From Chiloscyllium plagiosum (taxonomy: Eukaryota): DNA of 41,366 nucleotides. The first letter of the stretch is position 1. Each line of letters opens with the position of its first letter. A model generated the notes under the pieces. The model saw nothing but the letters and a program-made list of their open reading frames with translations. It did not search any database and was not told the origin of the DNA. Below, piece by piece: positions 35,350 to 41,366 of the stretch. The stretch lies in NCBI RefSeq assembly GCF_004010195.1, contig NW_025215082.1, positions 8,842 through 50,207 of the forward strand. The letters are read 5' to 3'. The position numbers and the translations under genes were made by a program.

Positions 35350-35842
35350 CACCGGGAGGACGATACGAAACTTTATGTGGGAGTGATAGTGATATGTCGG
35401 GGGGGAAGGTGGAGTGGATAGGTGGGAAGGAAGATGCACAGTTAGAACAGTTCAACAGGACAATGCTAAATTGAACGGTTGAATCTGGGATGAGGTTGGG
35501 GAGGGGCGATTTGGAAATTGGTGAAGTCAACGTTGATTCTGTATAGTTTGAGGGTTCCAGTAGTCCTACCACCTATCCACTTCACCCTCCTTTCCAACCC
35601 ATCACCATCCGACCCCACCAGCATCAACCTTCGCCTTCCAGGCTATCTTCCACCCAGCTCCACCCCCACCCTCCTATTTAGTTCTCAGCCCCTTTCCCCT
35701 CCCTTACCTCCAACGTTCCTGATGAAGGACTTATGCCTGAAACGTCAACTCTCCTGTCCCTCGGATGCTTCCGACCTGCAGTGCTTTTCCAGCCCCACAC
35801 TTTTCAACTCTGATCTCCAGCATCTGCGGTCCTCACTTTCTC
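35350..35842. mobile_element. Penelope pLTR insertion (inverted plus direct) between gag and protease
   Basis: ggtggagtggataggtggg (35409-35427) is the reverse complement of ccacctatccacttcacc (about 35568-35586). It ends in the standard pLTR terminus ctccagcatctgcggtcctcactttctc. Confidence 0.85.
35715..35750 (+). ncRNA. Minimal hammerhead motif (core intact, stem II mismatch)
   Basis: gttc-CTGATGA-aggac(ttat)gcct-GAAA-cGTC-aact. Confidence 0.55.
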
Positions 35843-38231
35843 TTGGCCTCTAATAGTAAGAGAAGAAGTATTTTCATTCTTTCTGACATGTTACTCAACA
35901 GCTGATAATTTCTGAAATGGGCACAGAAATTAAACATTCCGTTATGTAACATTAGGTTGGAATTCCAAGTCAAGGTTGGGGAAGTAACAGTGAGATTGAG
36001 TGACAGGATGTCAGTTCCAGGAATGCAATTTGTTCTTGGGAATGATTTAGCAGGATCCAATGTGAGAGAGGCACCCCTTGTGGGGGAGAAGGCAAAGTAA
36101 GACTTGGGAACTGGGGAATTAAAGAAAAATACTCTGGGATTTTTCCAGACTGTGTAGTAACAAGATCCCACTGTCATAAGTTACAACAGGAAGGAAAACC
36201 GAAACAAAAAGCCAAAGGAGTTGATGCACGGAAGACTCAGGCTAAAGCATTTCTAGTGGCTGGAATGCACAAGGACATGGTTATTTTTTGTTGTACATGT
36301 CATACATGGCAAATGGTTGGTAAGTTACAGACAGTTTTAAAACCAGCAGCTTTGTTGTCAATTCGTGTATTCGAAGAAACTTTCACGTGTGTTATGATTA
36401 CTTGTGTAGCTCCCCTTTCTAAAATAGAAGTGGAAACCAATATCTGCTGATCATAATGCATGTGTCTACCTGCTGTCCAGGGATAATTCTATTATGGGGT
36501 GTCAAGGTAAAAAGGGAGGTAGAGGAGTTGGTAGCTTTCTTTACTCGCTGTGGACTACGCAGTGTGATTCAGTCAGACCAAGGGTCTCATTTTACCGCTC
36601 AGCTGAAGGACGTCATGGATAGCTTCGGCATGCAGCAGTTTAAATCAGGTGCACCCCATACCGAATCCCAGGGAGCATTGGAAAGTTGCTGAAGGAAATA
36701 TTAACAGCGTACTGTTAGAATTACCCGAATGATTGGAATAAAGGCGTTTCATTATATTGTTTGCCGTTACAGATGCCCCAAATAAATCTACTCACTTCCC
36801 TTCCTTTGAGTTAACATTCGTACATGATGTGAGAGATCCTTTGAAATTAATTCAATATAAATTGACAGGACCGAAGTCGAAGATCTCACACTTGGATTAT
36901 ATATTTGAGGTGAGGGAGAAATTAGATGGAGTAGGTGAGTTATCTAAACATCACCTGAAGAGGGCACAGCATAGAGTGATGCAGGTGGCTGATAAACACT
37001 CTGAAACTTTGACGATTTCCCGTTGGAATGAGGTATTAGCATTGCCACTAGTGTAGGAAACCCCTTCAAAGCCAGATTTAGTATCCCCTTTCAAATAAAA
37101 TAAAATGTTGAGTCAGTTAAACTATCTGATACAGATACCGGATATGATAAAAATAAGTTAGAGTATGTCATTAGAATGAATAATGCTCCAGCCACATTTA
37201 AGACTCAGGAACAGAGCTGTGGCCAGATGAACAAATTGTGCAGTTGATCTGTATGATGCAGTCATCTTTAGCAAGTGATTGAAAGCTCAGATGTTGCAGT
37301 TGGCAGAGTATGTTGAGCGATTACAAGAAGCAAACTTGGGAATAAACTTAAAGAAAACAGAATTCACGAAGGCAGAGGTGACGTTCTTGGGAAATTACAT
37401 TGGACATGGAATGTTGACCCCATGGAACAAAAGGAATTTCCATAACCAACCTCGAAGAAAGAGGTGGTTCGGTTTTTGGAACTGTGGAGTCTATCGGACA
37501 TTTGCTTCAAACCTCAGCAGCATATTGGCACCCCTGAATGATTTACTAATGAGAACACAGAATTGTGGTAGGCAGCACAATGCAAGGAGGCATTGAGAAT
37601 TTTAAAGCAAGATTAATCACCGCACCAGTTTTAACAGCATCAAATATTTTGAAACCATTTGAAAATTGTGTTTGATGCGATGGACATAGGGGGCGGAAAT
37701 GTATTGATACAGAAAGATGATGATGGAATTGAATGGCCAATTGGCTACTTGTTGAAAAAACTCATTATCCACCAGAAAAATGCAAATTCTCCATTATTGA
37801 ACAAGGAAGAATGGGTTTCATACAAGTTTAAGTTTCGTACTGGCCTAACAATATTTTAATGTGAACATGACAAACAAATTGTCGGAGTTGGTTGTGGACA
37901 ACGACAAATCTCTCGCACTTTAGGGAATATTTTAAGACGAGAATATGAGACTATTTCATAGGGGTCTTATATTACAGACTTTAAACGTACAACATGTACA
38001 TTCTGTGGTTCGTATAAATGTGATAGCAAATGTGTTATCACGGATTTAAAGGAAAATGTGTAGATAACATTTGCCTTATTCCAGTGTTATATATGTGTGC
38101 AGAATTAACATGAATGGTATAACTGAGATTAATACTTTTGTATTTCATAATAATGGGATTAAGAATTAAAGGAAAATAAATGAAGCCATCTTTTCATTCT
38201 GATGGTTCATTTTATTTCTGAAGAAGGGAGG

Positions 38232-38981
38232 TGTTATGAAGCCGAAAGCATGTCTGGTCAGTTTAAGACAGAACGGGTTTTGCTGAATAGCAAGTACAGT
38301 CACAGATGCCAGCTAAAGGTCAGTCTGTTCCACATGTAACAATTAGCTGGGAAATGGATACCTGAGTTTTGGTTGCTGTTTTGACAACAATTCAAATACA
38401 ACCAAAGAGTTTAAATAATGCTTAGCATACCAACGGAAATCGATATTATTGTTTGGACAACTGGAAAGTATGAGATGTATTGTAACATGGCAAGTATATA
38501 AACACAGGATTTTGAACACTACAGGGAGAGCAACTGCCATCCAACAGCAGAGTAACTGCTGTAGAGCAGGAGTGCTAACTGGTCATCTCAAACACTCTCT
38601 ATTAAAGATACATGATCATGTCAAACCTACTGGCAATAAAAAAAAAACATGACCCAAGGACATCAGCAGCTGGAAGAGTGAACACAGCGGGGAAGATGGA
38701 GACTGTGTGATCTTGAGATTGTAATGGTTAATATGTGGGTTGTTGGAACAGCATAATTTTATAGAGTTGGAGTCAGATAGTAAACAGTTAACAAAAGAGG
38801 GGCTCGTATTTGGGAATAGTTGTTGTTTAGTGTTCACTATTAAAATTAAGAAATAATCTTGTTAATTTTTCTTAATAATGGAAGATCTGTGTCACTCATA
38901 TTTTAACAGATTACGAGGTGAGGCGAGCTTTTCTGGGTGTTTGGTTTTAATTAACAGAGGGGTTTGAGTCCATCTTGTAAA
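38232..38981 (+). repeat. 3' LTR preceded by a polypurine tract
   Basis: gaagaagggagg|TGTTATGAAG; its 3' end matches the 5' LTR remnant at 34420-34552. Confidence 0.85.
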
Positions 38982-38982
38982 T

Positions 38983-40070
38983 GTCCATCCATGCTAACCC
39001 CATTTCCCTGCAGTTGGCCCATATCCTTCCAGTCCTTTCCTATCCACATATTTATCCCAATGCTTTTGAAATGTTGTTAATGTAACCCCCTCAACCACAT
39101 CTGCTGGCAGCTCATTCACATACCAGTCCTCTGTTTAAAGAAGTGGATCCTCAGGTTCCCTTTTATTCCTTCCCCTCTAACCTTAAACTGGTCCCCAATA
39201 GTCCTTGATTCTTTAAACCGTGGAAAAAGACTGAGAGCATTGACCCTATCCATACCCCTCATGATCTTATACAGCTCTATAAGGTCCCCCATCAGCTTCC
39301 TACACTGTAAGGAAAAGGTCCTAGCTTGTCCAACCTCTCCTTACATCTCAGACTACTGAGTCCTAGCAATGTCCTTGTAAATTTCTTCTGCACTCTTTCT
39401 AATTTAATAACATCCTCCCTATATCAAAGGTGACAAAACTGAACACAATATTCCAAGTGCGGCCTTATCAAAGTCCTGTGTAACTGCAGCAAAAATTCCC
39501 AACTTCTATACTCAATGTCCTGCCTGATGAAGGCCAGTGTGCCAAATGCCTTTTGCACTGCCCTGCCTACCTGTGACTCCAGTCTCAAGGAACCGTGCAC
39601 CTGAACACAAAGGTCTTTCTGACCACGACACCCCTTAAGGCCCTCCCATTCAACATGAAACTCCTATTTTGATTTGAGTTTCCAAAATGCAAGACCTCAC
39701 ACATCTACATTACATTCCATTTGCCATTTCTTGGCCCACTTCCCCACCTGATTTAGGTCCTGCTGCAATTTCTGATAAACTTCCTCACTGATCTCGACAC
39801 CACTTATTTTAGTGTCATCTGCAAACTTACCAATCATACCTTGTACATTCCCAACCAAATCATAGATAACAAACAGCTATGGACTCAGCCTCCAGAGCAG
39901 CTTGTCATGTGGAACCTTATCAAAGACCTTACTGAAATCCATAGAGATTACGTCTACCGCTCTGCCCTCAACAAATTTCCTGGTCATTTCATCAAAGAAC
40001 GCTAAAAAAATTTAGGAAGCATGGTCTCCCACTCACAAGTCTATGCTGACTGCTCCGAATCAAACCCTGT
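38983..40070 (-). mobile_element. CR1 LINE 3' portion
   Basis: It is homologous to 10280-11750; gtgtcatctgcaaactt is antisense KFADDT. Confidence 0.9.
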
Positions 40071-40996
40071 GTAAGTAAGGGGTGCACTCAATGGTATGCT
40101 GTCCATCATTGTAAGATGATTCGAGTACATAAGTAAAGCCATCTTCCTGCTGTTGTAGAGCCTTTTTGAGGGAGTACTTGGGGCACTCTGTACAGATTTG
40201 ATCTCCTTTGTAAATATTTAGCTACTTACCACAGACACAGGTGATGGTAACATGAGAATAGAGTGAAGAAGCTGAGTGTTTAATCTGTAGAGCTGTGAGA
40301 GACGAAGAAATGGTGATGCTGAAACACGAGGAGTGGCAGAGATCATGTATTTCCAAAAGAGACATTGACAGGGAGAGAAATTCCATACTTTATCCAGGAT
40401 TGATTGGTTTGATTTATTGCCATGTGTACCTCAGTACAGGGAAAAACTTTATTTGTGAGCAGTGGAGGAAGATCATAGTAAGCATGTCCAGACAGATCAT
40501 TGGATAGAAATAGACTTGGACAGAGTAAGGCATACATGTTACACTGAACAGGACATGCACTAGACAAGATAAACATGGACAAGATCAGCATTATTTGAAC
40601 TGAGAGAGTCCATTCATCAGTCTAACGTGACATTCCTAATAGTTTATATGCCTAATTTAACTCTCCCCACGTTATTGTGCAGTCGGCGTATGAACCTGTA
40701 GTGAACATCATGTTCCTCACAATCCCCAACAGCAACCACAATAACTTTTATCTAAAACAGGTAGCCATTCCTACCAGCTTCCGACCTACATAGAGAACAC
40801 CAGGTTGTCTTCTCGGAGATGAAAGATGCCTTCTTGAGACTTCACACAAGACATATGGCTTCCCTCCTCACCACGAGAAAACCACATTAAAGTCCCACGT
40901 GTGTATCATAAGCAACGGAGCCACCTGGAACAACGGGGAACAATCTGTCTGTGCAACCTCTGCTCCACTTGGTCATCATGTTAGAGCATCAATTAG

Positions 40997-41125
40997 GAGA
41001 CAGTGAGGACTGCCGATGCTGGAGATCAGAGTAGGGAGTGGATTGCTGGAGAAGCACAGCAGGTCAGGCAGCATCTAAGAAGCAGGAGAATCGACGTTTT
41101 GGGCATAAGCCGTTCATCGGGAATC
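40997..41125 (-). mobile_element. Penelope pLTR terminus with a mutated hammerhead core
   Basis: gagacagtgaggactgccgatgctggagatcagag...tcgacgttttgggcataagccgttcatcgggaat. Confidence 0.88.
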
Positions 41126-41129
41126 AGCA

Positions 41130-41292
41130 TCAATTACCTCATTCTGCCCCCGTGTAAGTGCATTGAGGTGGGAATGGCCTCCTACTGTTCCTGTGTAAGT
41201 GACTCAAGGGACTGAGTGGCTTCTTCCTCGTCCGATTGGACAAGCCCAGGGGTCTGGCTGGGTTACCCCTGGTTCCTGTTTGACAGCTCGAT
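41130..41292 (+). repeat. Diverged minisatellite of about 42 bp (about 4 copies)
   Basis: gaatggcctcctactgttcctgtgtaagtgactcaagggactgagtggcttcttcctc..., the same family as 12666-12806. Confidence 0.65.
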
Positions 41293-41303
41293 GTGCTGAC
41301 AAG

Positions 41304-41366
41304 TGTGATGATGCTGCAGCTTTAAGAGGTTATTTTGTTCTGGTTTCTTTTCAGAGAGAGATTGAA
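41304..41366 (+). mobile_element. Start of another LTR, truncated by the window edge
   Basis: tgtgatgatgctgcagctttaagaggttattttgttc resembles the LTR start at 16470 (tgtgacaatgctgtcacctttttaataaaaggctattttctcc). Confidence 0.6.

Larger units (their letters stand above)
34420..38981 (+). mobile_element. Gmr1-like Gypsy LTR retrotransposon, degraded; order gag(SCAN-like)-PR-IN-RT-RH
   Basis: A 5' LTR remnant at 34420-34552 matches 38858-38980 and is followed by a PBS-like tgagggcttgtc. Gag (34656-35087) reads AYELVQEEYRQQFRNL...LLDEFKDSLP...AAEMA, with a knuckle remnant at about 35110-35150 and a protease tail (PGMQFVLGNDLAG, about 36020). Integrase spans 36256-37100 (CCTCHTWQMVGK, IQSDQGSHF, HTESQGALE), RT 37170-37600 (INLKKTEF..AEVTFLG) and RNase H 37650-38045 (DAMDIGGGNVLIQ). 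The PPT is 38220-38231 and the 3' LTR 38232-38981. Confidence 0.92.

Noticed and set aside
40640..40995. Possible PLE ORF N-terminal remnant next to the pLTR
   Set aside because: Similarity is too weak to call by eye.
41330..41366. Polypyrimidine tract plus AG (ttttcag, 41354) as the acceptor of GPCR exon 2
   Set aside because: Phase-1 joining gives GAG AGA GAT TGA (stop), and the sequence matches the LTR start at 16470.

Overview
This is vertebrate genomic DNA, not prokaryotic, and it has three N gaps. The repeat content points to a cartilaginous fish, probably a shark (inference from HE1/V-SINEs, a DeuSINE-like element, and shark-type CR1 and Penelope families). Most of the window is decayed, nested mobile DNA: many CR1-clade/L2 LINE fragments, about ten Penelope-like element (PLE) pieces whose pLTRs carry minimal hammerhead-ribozyme motifs, two Gmr1-like Gypsy LTR retrotransposons plus a solo LTR and a partial LTR, a PIF/Harbinger transposase fossil, SINEs and minisatellites. 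The only host coding sequence I can support is one first exon (14766-14943, +) of a rhodopsin-class GPCR resembling the 'GPR139-like' family that is expanded in sharks. It ends ...YYPFLAIVGVP at a phase-1 GT donor, and I cannot find its second exon in the remaining 26 kb. Its upstream region holds homeodomain and O/E(EBF)-like motifs that resemble olfactory-receptor promoters, which is speculative. Most ORFs in the supplied track are TE fragments, antisense shadows or N-gap artefacts. Repeat boundaries were set by eye and are approximate. I see no convincing wholly new system; the findings below are leads.
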